From contig JBDQPD010000066.1 of assembly GCA_040260805.1 (NCBI GenBank), positions 1 to 18,061 of the forward strand: a stretch of DNA of 18,061 bases, given 5' to 3'. This DNA is from Myxococcota bacterium. GTDB taxonomy: Bacteria; Myxococcota; UBA4151. Shown here piece after piece: positions 1-8,234 of the stretch; the stretch's first letter is position 1; the number at the start of each line of letters is the position of its first letter. The notes under the pieces are model-generated. The model did not search any database. It had not been told where the DNA came from and saw only the letters and a list, made by a program, of their open reading frames with translations. Made by a program: the position numbers and the translations under genes.

Positions 1-738
1 CTCGATCAGAGGCTTATTGTTGAGCCAAACACGGCGCTCATCGCCGCCTCGCAAGCTCAGTCGTGCCGGCTCTTTGATTCTGAAAGCGGCGACCAAATGC
101 TGGCATCGCTGCCTTGTCGGGAAGGTCCAGTCTTGAGGGTAGATCAACGACTTCCCGCGAGCCCTATGGATGGTGCGCCAAGGACGCTCGCCCAAAGGAG
201 TGGCAACCAGCGCTTTGGGGTCGAACTTACGCTGGGGTGGGTCGACACGCGCCAAAGCTGCGCCGCGACTGCTCTCGAATCCGGACACCATCAACCAAGA
301 ACCGATCTCCCCCTCCGACGCAGGGTCCCGGTAGTGGTTCAGCCAGACGCGTTCCAGCGACCGTCGTGTGGCACCAGGCGCTATACCGGCGACCGTCGCC
401 TCATCATGAACCGCTAGAGCAGCGATTAGCTGGCGAGCGGTGACCGCGTCGAGAAGCTGGGCGGGAGGCGAAAAGTAACGCAGTAGCACCGCAACATCCT
501 CGGTGCGACTGCGACGAATTGCTTGGGTCAGCGTGTTCATCCACGGCTTGATCGTCCCGACACGGCTTGCTGCTGCTAGGGCTGTAATGTCTTCATAAAG
601 ACAGCGCTCCCAGCCCTGCGGGCAGTCGAGCGGTTCGGCCGGCGGAACCGACGCTGTCGGCATGTGGGCGCAGCCGACGAAAAACAAAAAGAGCCCGCTG
701 AGCAGGCTCCTTCCGTCATGAATGAGCACCCGACTCAC
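1..738 (-). CDS. Putative lipoprotein of unknown function, running off the window edge (3' end missing); not in the ORF track
   Basis: Manual translation gives 246 stop-free codons from GTG at 738 (GTGA overlap with the dnaK TGA) to base 1: [46 protein letters not shown]...[17 protein letters not shown] hydrophobic stretch ends in the lipobox-like FVGC and is followed by a Pro-rich linker. Alternative starts are GTG 729, ATG 663 and ATG 540. Confidence 0.72.
   Translation of the reverse strand, partial: MSRVLIHDGRSLLSGLFLFFVGCAHMPTASVPPAEPLDCPQGWERCLYEDITALAAASRVGTIKPWMNTLTQAIRRSRTEDVAVLLRYFSPPAQLLDAVTARQLIAALAVHDEATVAGIAPGATRRSLERVWLNHYRDPASEGEIGSWLMVSGFESSRGAALARVDPPQRKFDPKALVATPLGERPWRTIHRARGKSLIYPQDWTFPTRQRCQHLVAAFRIKEPARLSLRGGDERRVWLNNKPLIE
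680..709 (-). terminator. Rho-independent terminator-like hairpin downstream of dnaK
   Basis: Minus strand reads GAGCCTGC-TCA-GCGGGCTC (8-bp stem with one G.U pair) followed by TTTTTGTTTTT, about 25 nt after the dnaK stop. Confidence 0.75.
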
Positions 739-2612
739 TGCTCGGTCTCGCTGGCGTCGGTGAATTCTGCGTCGACGACGTTGTCATCGCCACCCTCAGG
801 CGCTCCGGGCTGTTCGCCCTGGCTGTAGAGCTCTTCCGCCATCTTGCCGGCTGCAGTCATCAGACTATTGACCGCCGCTTCAAGCGTCTCGGTCTCTTCC
901 ACATCGAGCACCGCTTTAGCGTTGTCGAGCTCTTTAGCGACACTGGTCACCGTGTCCTCAGCGAGCTTCTCCTTGTTCTCTTCCAAGGTCTTACCGACCT
1001 GATAGACCTGAGAATCAAGCTGATTGCGTAACTCCACGCGCTTGCGCAGCGCTTCATCTTCTTCGGCGTGTGCGGCAGCTTCACCGACCATCCGCTCGAT
1101 GTCATCGTCTTCAAGCGTTGAGGAGTTCGTGATCGTTACGTTTTGCTCTTTACCGGTCGCCTTGTCGCGAGCCGAAACACTCAACACGCCGTTGACGTCG
1201 ATATCGAAGGTCACCTCGATCTGCGGAACGCCGCGCGGCGCAGGTGGGATACCGTCAAGGTTGAAGCGAGCGAGGACGCGGTTGTCCTTCGCCATCTTAC
1301 GCTCCCCTTGAAGCACCACCACCTCCACCGACGGTTGCTGGTCAGCTGCCGTCGAGAAGACCTCTGACTTCTTGACCGGCACCGTGGTGTTACGGCTGAT
1401 CAAAACCGTGCTGACACCGCCGAGGGTTTCTAATCCCAGGCTCAGCGGGGTCACATCGAGCAAGACCATGTTTTTCACGTCGCCCGAGAGGATACCCGCT
1501 TGGACAGCCGCACCCATAGCGACCACTTCGTCGGGATTGACCGAGCGGTTTGGTTCTTTACCGAAGAAACTTTTGACCTTGTCTTGAACCATCGGGATCC
1601 GAGTCGAGCCACCGACCAAGATCACCTGATCGATCTCGCCAGTCCCGAGGTTGGCGTCCCGAAGCGCTTTTTGACAGGGCTCCATGGTGCGCTCGATCAA
1701 GCCACCGATGAGCTGCTCGAAGTGCGAGCGGTTCAGGTCGACATTGAGGTGCAAAGGCTCAGTGCCTCGTGCGAACAAGAAGGGTAGGTTGATGTTGGTT
1801 TCAAAGGCGCTCGAGAGCTCGATTTTTGCCTTCTCTGCTGCTTCCCGAAGGCGCTGCATCACCATCTTGTCACCGCTGACATCCACGTCGTGGTCTGCTT
1901 TGAACTGGGCTAAGAGCCAGGTCACCACTGCGTCATCAATATCATCGCCGCCGAGCGCCGTGTCGCCGTTGGTGCTGACCACCTCGACGACGCCATCACC
2001 TACATCGAGAATCGAGACGTCAAAGGTGCCACCACCGAAGTCGTAGACCGCAACCTTGTGGTCTTCTTCTTTGTCGATTCCGTAAGCTAAGGCAGCAGCG
2101 GTCGGCTCGTTGAGAATACGGCGAATGTTCAAGCCGGCAATCTTACCAGCGTTTTGAGTCGCTTTGCGCTGCGAGTCATTAAAGTAGGCGGGTACCGTAA
2201 CGACCGCGTCCGTGACCTCTTCGCCCAAGGCCGCTTCGGCAGCGCTCTTGAGCTTTTGAAGCACCTTGGCGCTGATCTCCTCAGCAGCCCACTTTTTACC
2301 CGCAGCGTCGAATCGAACCGAATCGTTCTCACCGGCAACCACATTGTAGCTGACGTGATCTTTGATCCGCTCAACCTCAGCGAGCCGCTTGCCGATAAAG
2401 CGTTTGACGCTGCTGAAGGTATTTTCGGGGTTGGTCACCGCCTGACGACGGGCCACCTGGCCGACCAGCGTTTTACCCTCTTTATCAAAGGCAACCACGG
2501 AGGGTGTCGTGCGCGACCCCTCTTGATTGACCAAAACTTCAGGCTCGTTACCTGAAAGCACTGAAACCACCGAATTCGTGGTGCCTAAATCGATGCCGAC
2601 GATTTTGCCCAT
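735..2612 (-). CDS. dnaK: Molecular chaperone DnaK (Hsp70)
   Basis: Motifs [61 protein letters not shown], linker [28 protein letters not shown] and C-terminal VVDAEF. SD-like AAGAGG lies 8 nt upstream. Confidence 0.99.
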   Translation of the reverse strand: MGKIVGIDLGTTNSVVSVLSGNEPEVLVNQEGSRTTPSVVAFDKEGKTLVGQVARRQAVTNPENTFSSVKRFIGKRLAEVERIKDHVSYNVVAGENDSVRFDAAGKKWAAEEISAKVLQKLKSAAEAALGEEVTDAVVTVPAYFNDSQRKATQNAGKIAGLNIRRILNEPTAAALAYGIDKEEDHKVAVYDFGGGTFDVSILDVGDGVVEVVSTNGDTALGGDDIDDAVVTWLLAQFKADHDVDVSGDKMVMQRLREAAEKAKIELSSAFETNINLPFLFARGTEPLHLNVDLNRSHFEQLIGGLIERTMEPCQKALRDANLGTGEIDQVILVGGSTRIPMVQDKVKSFFGKEPNRSVNPDEVVAMGAAVQAGILSGDVKNMVLLDVTPLSLGLETLGGVSTVLISRNTTVPVKKSEVFSTAADQQPSVEVVVLQGERKMAKDNRVLARFNLDGIPPAPRGVPQIEVTFDIDVNGVLSVSARDKATGKEQNVTITNSSTLEDDDIERMVGEAAAHAEEDEALRKRVELRNQLDSQVYQVGKTLEENKEKLAEDTVTSVAKELDNAKAVLDVEETETLEAAVNSLMTAAGKMAEELYSQGEQPGAPEGGDDNVVDAEFTDASETEQ

Positions 2613-2685
2613 CTTGATTGCCTCTTTTCCCTGCCGCTCAAAGCGGTAAATGGTTGTTTACTCGATATATTATGTGCCCGGAAGG

Positions 2686-2731
2686 GGCACTCGAACGCAA
2701 AGTAATCACGCAAAACCCGTTGTCAAGTGCC
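2686..2731. promoter_or_regulatory. Inverted repeat with CIRCE-like half-sites bracketing the dnaK promoter
   Basis: GGCACTCGA (2686-2694) and TCAAGTGCC (2723-2731) are 8/9 complementary. The cores resemble the CIRCE halves GCACTC/GAGTGC, but the spacing is 32 nt rather than 9. Confidence 0.35.
2699..2726 (-). promoter_or_regulatory. Sigma70-type promoter for dnaK
   Basis: Minus strand TTGACA (2726-2721) - 16 nt - TACTTT (2704-2699), about 85 nt upstream of the dnaK ATG. Confidence 0.6.
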
Positions 2732-2786
2732 AGGCAAAAGCCCATGGGTGCTTTCGAATCGGATAAGCCGAGCGAAGGAGACCGAC

Positions 2787-3476
2787 GTGGAAGGTGCTTT
2801 AGCAGCCCTGCGTTCGAGCGCGACGCTGGGTAGTCTCTCCGACGCTGCATTGACCGCTTTAGCGGCAAAGATGAGGCGTCTGCAGGTCGCTCGAAACAGC
2901 GTGATCTTCTCGTATCAAGACGAAGGTGATGCGGTTTATCTGGTCGTTGAAGGCCGGGTAAAGGTTCATCTTCATGACGAGGAGGGCCGCGAACTCATTC
3001 TTGCGGATCTGGGTGCCTCAGCCGTATTTGGTGAGATGTCCTTGCTTGATGACTGCCCTCGCTCGGCGACGGTGACCGCCTCCGAGACCTGCTTGCTTGC
3101 CACCTTGAGCCGCGCCGCGATGATGGAGGTCATCCAGGAGCACCCTGAGGTTGCGATGGCCTTTCTTCAGCTGCTGAGCCGGCGCCTTCGGGAAGCCGAC
3201 CAGGTGATCTTTGATCTCGCCTTGCGCGACGTCGTTGAGCGTCTCGCCCGGATGCTGCTCTCGGCTGCTGTCCCTCATCCCACCGATTCGGAATGGATGA
3301 TTGTCGATGGCTTGCCGTCCCAGAGCGAGATCGCTGCTCGAGTCGGGGCGAGCCGCGAGACCATTTCACGTACATTTGCTCACTTCCGCCGGATTGGCCT
3401 ATTAGCCATCGAAAACCGTTCCACCATCCTAACGGGTGCATTTATTGATCGATTCGATCATTTGATCGGAGGATAA
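2787..3476 (+). CDS. Crp/Fnr-family transcriptional regulator (cNMP-binding domain + HTH)
   Basis: Phosphate-binding cassette FGEMSLLDDCPRSATV, C-helix LSRRLREAD...DVVERLARML, and HTH SQSEIAARVGASRETISR. Start moved from 2727 to GTG 2787 because AAGGAG sits at 2775-2780. Confidence 0.95.
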   Translation: MEGALAALRSSATLGSLSDAALTALAAKMRRLQVARNSVIFSYQDEGDAVYLVVEGRVKVHLHDEEGRELILADLGASAVFGEMSLLDDCPRSATVTASETCLLATLSRAAMMEVIQEHPEVAMAFLQLLSRRLREADQVIFDLALRDVVERLARMLLSAAVPHPTDSEWMIVDGLPSQSEIAARVGASRETISRTFAHFRRIGLLAIENRSTILTGAFIDRFDHLIGG

Positions 3477-3478
3477 CC

Positions 3479-4528
3479 ATGTCTGATTTTGACGACAACG
3501 GGTTCCCCAGAATTATTAAGTCTTCGAAGGGCGGCTCGGGCCGTTCAGGTGGCGGCCCTCAGCTGCCCACCGATTTTCCTGAGTTCGATCCAGAGCAGAC
3601 AGGGCGCTTTGCTTTGTACGGTCTCCTTGCCGCGATTCTAGCGTGGGGCGTCTGGAGCACCTACTTCCAGGTGGGTACTGACGAGGATGCGGTGGTGCTG
3701 CGTTTCGGCAGCTATCTGCGAACAGCAGGTCCCGGTCCTCATTTGAAGGCTCCTTTTGGCGTGGACCGGGTCTACCGTGTGCCGACCAAGCGCCAGATGA
3801 AGATGGAGTTCGGGTTTAGAACCTCGAAAGCGCAACAGCGCTCGGCTTACACTCGCGGTAACAGCGCTAAGGGTGAGTCGATCATGCTGACGGGCGACCT
3901 CAATGTCGTCGATGTCGAGTGGGTCGTTCAGTACCAGATTCGAGACCCGAAGGCTTACCTGTTTCATGCTCGTGGGATCGATCTCGTGATTCGTGACCTC
4001 AGCGAAGCCGTGCTGCGTTTGGTCGTCGGAGATGTCGGCGTGAATTACGTACTGACCGGGGGTCGTGAGGTGATCGTTCAGCAGGTCAAGGATGTGCTGA
4101 GCGAGGCGGTTGCGATGTACGACCTAGGTATCGCCATCGATCAGGTCATTATCCAGGACGTGAACCCACCCGAGGCGGTCAAGCAGAGCTTTAACGAGGT
4201 CAACGAAGCGCAGCAAGAGCGTGAAGAAGCGATCAATATGGCGAAGAAGGCGTACAACAACGCGGTGCCTAAGGCGCGCGGCTCGGCTGAGCAGCTGGTT
4301 AGCCAAGCAGAGGGTTATGCCATGGAGCGTGTGAACGTCTCCAAGGGTGATGTCGCCAACTTTGTTGCGATGCAGGAAGCCTACTCCAAAAGCCGCTCAG
4401 TGACGCGTGCACGACTGCATCTCGAGACCTTACAAGAGGTGCTGCCAAAGATCTCCAGAAAGTGGGTCGTAGCTGGCGCGAAAGCCGGTGTTCTGAAACA
4501 CATGGATCTCGGAAAGGGTCTCAAATGA
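3479..4528 (+). CDS. hflK: FtsH protease modulator HflK (SPFH/band-7)
   Basis: Single TM helix followed by AVVLRFG, GPHLKAPFGVD, MLTGDLNVVDVEWVVQYQIRDP, QDVNPPEAVKQSF, VPKARGSA and AEGYA. SD GGAGG at 3468-3472. Confidence 0.95.
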   Translation: MSDFDDNGFPRIIKSSKGGSGRSGGGPQLPTDFPEFDPEQTGRFALYGLLAAILAWGVWSTYFQVGTDEDAVVLRFGSYLRTAGPGPHLKAPFGVDRVYRVPTKRQMKMEFGFRTSKAQQRSAYTRGNSAKGESIMLTGDLNVVDVEWVVQYQIRDPKAYLFHARGIDLVIRDLSEAVLRLVVGDVGVNYVLTGGREVIVQQVKDVLSEAVAMYDLGIAIDQVIIQDVNPPEAVKQSFNEVNEAQQEREEAINMAKKAYNNAVPKARGSAEQLVSQAEGYAMERVNVSKGDVANFVAMQEAYSKSRSVTRARLHLETLQEVLPKISRKWVVAGAKAGVLKHMDLGKGLK

Positions 4529-5463
4529 AACCCGCTATTATTTTAGGTGTTCTGGTCGCTTCGTTTGTTGTGGTTCGACCTGCGTTTTATACGGTCTCAG
4601 AGGCGGACCAGGTCGTGATCACACGCTTTAGTAAGCCCGTGGGCAGCGCGATTACGACACCTGGCTTACAGTTCAAGATTCCCTTTGTCGATCAAGTGAA
4701 CCGCTTCGATAAGCGATTCTTGGCTTGGGATGGCGACGCCAATCAGATGGTGACCGCCGACAAGAAGTACATCTGGGTTGACACCTTCGCTCGCTGGCGG
4801 ATCATAGATCCGCTGCGCTTCTTTGAGAAGGTGCGCAACGAGACGGGCGCGCAGACGCGCCTTGACGACTTGATCGATGGCGCCACGCGCACCGCAGTGG
4901 CGAGCAGCAAGCTGATCGAGATGGTCCGCTCCACCAACGATCCGCTCGATCGCGGCATGGAGATCGAGGACAGCGAACTCTTAGGCAAGAACAGCGCGCT
5001 TGAAACAGTGGAGCAGGGGCGCGCCAAGGTGCAGGCTCGTATCCTCGAGCTCGCCGTCAAGCCGATCGCCGATTTAGGGATCGAGCTGCTCGATGTGCGC
5101 ATTAAGCGCATCAACTATGTGCAGTCGGTGCAGCGTAAGGTCTTTGATCGAATGGTCTCAGAGCGTCAGCGTATCGCGGCTCAGTATCGCTCTGAAGGCC
5201 AAGGTGAAGCCGCCCGTATTCGAGGTCAGATGCAAAAAGAGCTCAAGCAGATTGAGTCCGAGGCGTACAAGCGCGCCGAAGAGATCAAAGGTAACGCCGA
5301 CGCAGAGGCGACGCTGATCTACGCTAAAGCTTTCGAGAAGGACCCTGAGTTCTATCGCTTCATCAAGACGCTCGAGACCTATCGCAAGAGCTTCGACTCC
5401 CAGACGGTGCTCGTGCTGGACGCCAACGATGACTTTACCAAGTATCTAGGCAGCGCTCGCTGA
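4525..5463 (+). CDS. hflC: FtsH protease modulator HflC (SPFH/band-7)
   Basis: PGLQFKIPF, TADKKYIWVDTFARWRIIDP, GIELLDVRIKR, RMVSERQRIAAQYRSEG and DPEFYRFIKTLETY. Start at ATG 4525 overlaps the hflK stop (ATGA); the track start at 4462 is too long. Confidence 0.95.
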   Translation: MKPAIILGVLVASFVVVRPAFYTVSEADQVVITRFSKPVGSAITTPGLQFKIPFVDQVNRFDKRFLAWDGDANQMVTADKKYIWVDTFARWRIIDPLRFFEKVRNETGAQTRLDDLIDGATRTAVASSKLIEMVRSTNDPLDRGMEIEDSELLGKNSALETVEQGRAKVQARILELAVKPIADLGIELLDVRIKRINYVQSVQRKVFDRMVSERQRIAAQYRSEGQGEAARIRGQMQKELKQIESEAYKRAEEIKGNADAEATLIYAKAFEKDPEFYRFIKTLETYRKSFDSQTVLVLDANDDFTKYLGSAR

Positions 5464-5509
5464 GTCAGTTTGCGCTCGGCAGGTCGCCCCGAGAAGGTGA
5501 GCGGCTCGC

Positions 5510-8224
5510 CTAGTCGCAGTTGCCATTGAGCTCGTTATTGTCGATCCAGCTGCGCATCCCCATGCAGGTGACGCCGGAGCCCTCGTTGTCGCTCATGCGT
5601 CCGCCGAAGAAGGTGACATTACCCCCAACTTCTTTAGCCGAGTCGGTCTTGCCGAAGACCGCCGACCCGTAGGCGTAGATCCACGTGTTGTTTCCATTTG
5701 CATAGAGCGCAATACCGTCGCCTGCGTTGACCGTGCTTTGGATGATTCGGGTGTTGTAGATCTCCACAAAGGTACCGCCCGCAGCGAAGATACTGTGCTT
5801 CACGCTTGCGCCACTCGCGTTGTACACTTTGATCAATGAATCACTGACGCGAGTGTATGTCGATGCGTTGGTGCTGTAGATCCCGTTGCTCACTCCAGAC
5901 CCGCCAGATTTGTTCAAGATCATGGTGTCACTGATCATCATCGACCCTTGGTTCAGGATCGCCGTGTTGTAAGCGTCTGAGACGCCTTCAATCGAGACGT
6001 GAACATGGCTGAGCATGAACGCTTCGCCCGCGTACTGGTCCGCTGTCTCCATCATCCGAATCGTCGCTGTGCTGCTGTTGTCCGCGGCGTCCTTATTGGT
6101 CACCTTCAGGTGCCGAAGCGCCGAGTGCTTGCGGCCACGGATCACGAAGCTGCTCGTAGACGCTGACGCGCCCGTCGGGCGGCTGTAGATGTGCGTCGCT
6201 TGAACGCCTGCGCCGATCACGGTCAAGCCGTAGTCCATGATCAGTGACGCCGTACCTAGGTCGAAGTCACCAGGGCCAATACGCAGAACCTTACGGTTGG
6301 TTGTGTTCGCATTGATGTTCTCAAAAGCCGCGATCAGCGCCGCTCCGTTCTGGGTCGCCTGGTTCAAGTTACCCGGCACATAGACCTCGTCGTGATAGAC
6401 GATCTTATGACCTGCGATCGCCGCGCCATCAGGGATTTTAGCGTTGGTGACCGAGCCGTCAGCTAGGTCGGCGGTTCCTACACCACCATTGACGAGCTCT
6501 AAGCTGCCCACCGCGTCCGTTCTAATCTCTGCGCTGCCCACTGAGTTGTCGCGCATCTCGGCTTGGCCGATCGAGTTGTCGCGCATCTCGGCGTAACCTA
6601 CCGAGTCGTCTTGCATCTCGGTAAGTCCGATCGCGTTGGAGCGCATCTCCTCGTTGCCGATCGCATCATTTTGCATCTCGGCGTACCCGACGGCGTTGTC
6701 TGCAACCTCGCTCTCACCAACCGAGTTGGTCGCCAGATGACCTGCGTTGATCGCGCCCGTCGGGACCCTAAAGGTGTTGCCCGATAGGGCGAGGCCCGAA
6801 CCTGCCGTGTAGGTGTTCTGGCTGTTGTCGTCAGCGGCGCACACCCAGCCGGCGTTGGCAAACTTGAGAATCTGACCGCTGCTGCAGCCGCTTTGATTGA
6901 GCTTGCCCCGAGTGACCGCCCCGTTGGCAAGCTCCGCGGTGTTAATCGCGTTGTTCTGCATCTCTTCGTTGCCCACCGAGTTGTCGGCGAGCTCGAGCTG
7001 GCTGATTGAATCGTTGACGATCTCGGCTGCTCCAACCGAGTTGTCACGCATCGCCGCCAGATCCACGGAGTTATCAGCCAACTCGCTGGCTCGAACCGAA
7101 TCGGAACTTAAGTGCGTTTGGTCGATGGCGCTGCCGCCAATGTAAAACTGATTGCCAACACTCAGGCTCAAGCCAGAGCCTGCCGTGTAGGTGGTGTCCG
7201 CGTCAGCATCCGAGGCGCAGGTCCACCCGTTATCGTTCGCTTTGAGCACCTGACCGGCGGCGCAAGGTTGCGCTGGGCCGACGACGAAGTTGTTGTTCGC
7301 CACGAAGCCGTCGACTTGCTCTTCTGAGAGTTGCGTGTCGGTGTCTGCGTCCGAGGCGCAGGTCCACCCATTATCGTTCGCTTTGAGCACCTGACCGGCG
7401 ACGCAAGGTTGCGCTGGCCCGACGACGAAGTTGTTGTTTGCGACGAAACCGTCGACCTGCTCTTCGGAGAGCTGGGTGTCGGCGTCTGCGTCGTCAGCGC
7501 AGGCCCATCCGTTGTCCGTGACCTTGAGAAGTTGACCCACGGCGCAAGCCTGAGCCGGTCCGACCACATAATCATTGTTGTCGACGAAGGCGTCGACCTG
7601 CTCCTCGGAGAGCTGGGTGTTGGTGTCTGTGTCGACGTCGTCTCCACAGACCCATGCGTTCCCGCTCCACTGCAGAAGCTGTCCTTCGGCGCAGCCGGCG
7701 TCGCCTAGGTTGCTTGCGGTGACGCCACCAGGCGCAAGCGCAAGGTTGCCGTCGTCATCGACCGCCAACCCGGCACCGGCTCCGAGGGCGTGGTGGTGGT
7801 CGGCGGCGGCGAAGGCGTCGGCAGCTTGACCCCCCAGGCTGTCGGCGTTCTTCGCCTGGTTCGCTCGATGCGCCTGCGCCGCGTAGGGGACGGCGCCGAT
7901 GGGCCAGGCACCCACCGAGTCACCGTCGATGCTCAAGTTGAGCGAGACCGCTCCTTCAGGACCAAAAAGATCGGCGGAGAGATCGAGCTCTTGACCGAGA
8001 TAGACCGAGAACAGTCCACCCACGAGGGTGACCGTGACCGAGTTACTCCATACGGGCTCCCCAGACTGACTGATCAGGCCGAATTCGAGGTCCTTTGAGC
8101 CTTCAATGGGACGATCATCCGTGTCGGTGAGAAGACCTTGGACCGGGATCAGTATGTTTTGAGCTTGAGCCGATAAAGGCAGCGCGAAGGTCGCTAGAGC
8201 GAAGAGTACGAGACGAGGGGGCAT
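5510..8224 (-). CDS. Secreted modular fibre/tailspike-like surface protein (probable trimeric adhesin with C-terminal parallel beta-helix)
   Basis: Sec signal peptide ending in AQA. N-domain IPVQGLLTD...GLFSVYLG...VPYA, then neck NADSLGG and DHHH. Five C-x2-GQ-x-L-(K/Q)-x5-W-x-C units, two blocks of 10-aa DN(S/A)(V/I)G-x-x-E(M/L/I) repeats, and a ~300-aa Gly/Asn/Ser-rich tip beginning NGAALIAAF...VLRIGPGDFDLG...GLTVIGAGVQATHI. Confidence 0.8.
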   Translation of the reverse strand: MPPRLVLFALATFALPLSAQAQNILIPVQGLLTDTDDRPIEGSKDLEFGLISQSGEPVWSNSVTVTLVGGLFSVYLGQELDLSADLFGPEGAVSLNLSIDGDSVGAWPIGAVPYAAQAHRANQAKNADSLGGQAADAFAAADHHHALGAGAGLAVDDDGNLALAPGGVTASNLGDAGCAEGQLLQWSGNAWVCGDDVDTDTNTQLSEEQVDAFVDNNDYVVGPAQACAVGQLLKVTDNGWACADDADADTQLSEEQVDGFVANNNFVVGPAQPCVAGQVLKANDNGWTCASDADTDTQLSEEQVDGFVANNNFVVGPAQPCAAGQVLKANDNGWTCASDADADTTYTAGSGLSLSVGNQFYIGGSAIDQTHLSSDSVRASELADNSVDLAAMRDNSVGAAEIVNDSISQLELADNSVGNEEMQNNAINTAELANGAVTRGKLNQSGCSSGQILKFANAGWVCAADDNSQNTYTAGSGLALSGNTFRVPTGAINAGHLATNSVGESEVADNAVGYAEMQNDAIGNEEMRSNAIGLTEMQDDSVGYAEMRDNSIGQAEMRDNSVGSAEIRTDAVGSLELVNGGVGTADLADGSVTNAKIPDGAAIAGHKIVYHDEVYVPGNLNQATQNGAALIAAFENINANTTNRKVLRIGPGDFDLGTASLIMDYGLTVIGAGVQATHIYSRPTGASASTSSFVIRGRKHSALRHLKVTNKDAADNSSTATIRMMETADQYAGEAFMLSHVHVSIEGVSDAYNTAILNQGSMMISDTMILNKSGGSGVSNGIYSTNASTYTRVSDSLIKVYNASGASVKHSIFAAGGTFVEIYNTRIIQSTVNAGDGIALYANGNNTWIYAYGSAVFGKTDSAKEVGGNVTFFGGRMSDNEGSGVTCMGMRSWIDNNELNGNCD
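6430..6760 (-). repeat. 30-bp (10-aa) degenerate tandem repeat, block 2, within the fibre gene
   Basis: GAGTTGTCGCGCATCTCGGC occurs twice exactly 30 nt apart (6543, 6573), and GCATCTC recurs every 30 nt from 6553 to 6673. Protein: ADNAVGYAEM QNDAIGNEEM RSNAIGLTEM QDDSVGYAEM RDNSIGQAEM RDNSVGSAEI. Ends approximate. Confidence 0.9.
6900..7130 (-). repeat. 30-bp (10-aa) degenerate tandem repeat, block 1, within the fibre gene
   Basis: SSDSVRASEL ADNSVDLAAM RDNSVGAAEI VNDSISQLEL ADNSVGNEEM QNNAINTAEL ANGAVTRGKL. Ends approximate. Confidence 0.85.
7200..7695 (-). repeat. 141-147-bp (47-49 aa) tandem repeat, about 3.4 copies, within the fibre gene
   Basis: CCGAGGCGCAGGTCCACCC at 7210 and 7351 (141 apart), with homologous positions at 7492 and 7639. 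Unit: DTQLSEEQVDGFVANNNFVVGPAQPCxAGQVLKANDNGWTCASDADx. Confidence 0.93.
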
Positions 8225-8234
8225 AGTTAACTTC

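Noticed and set aside
97..443. Plus-strand ORFs 97..417 and 114..443
   Set aside because: They have no recognisable motifs and are antisense shadows of the longer minus-strand ORF 1..738.
2613..2690. RNA thermometer in the dnaK leader
   Set aside because: Two small hairpins exist (2634-2646, 2674-2690), but neither pairs with the SD at 2621-2626.
2695..2710. CRP box in the dnaK/crp intergenic region
   Set aside because: Only a TCACG half-site is present (2706-2710); the partner position reads ACGCA rather than TGTGA.
3446..3460. Palindrome TGATCGA-T-TCGATCA near the hflK start as an FNR-like site
   Set aside because: The spacing does not fit TTGAT-N4-ATCAA, it lies in coding sequence, and GATC/TCGA words are very common in this window.
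5464..5509. Bidirectional terminator between convergent hflC and the fibre gene
   Set aside because: No convincing stem and no U-tract on either strand.
6430..7695. Periodic DNA repeats as a possible CRISPR array
   Set aside because: Periods are multiples of 3 (30, 141, 147), copies vary at synonymous positions, there are no unique spacers and no cas genes. These are coding repeats.
5510..8224. Fibre gene as a prophage remnant
   Set aside because: It carries a Sec signal peptide and a lipoprotein partner, and there are no integrase, capsid, tail or att features in the window.
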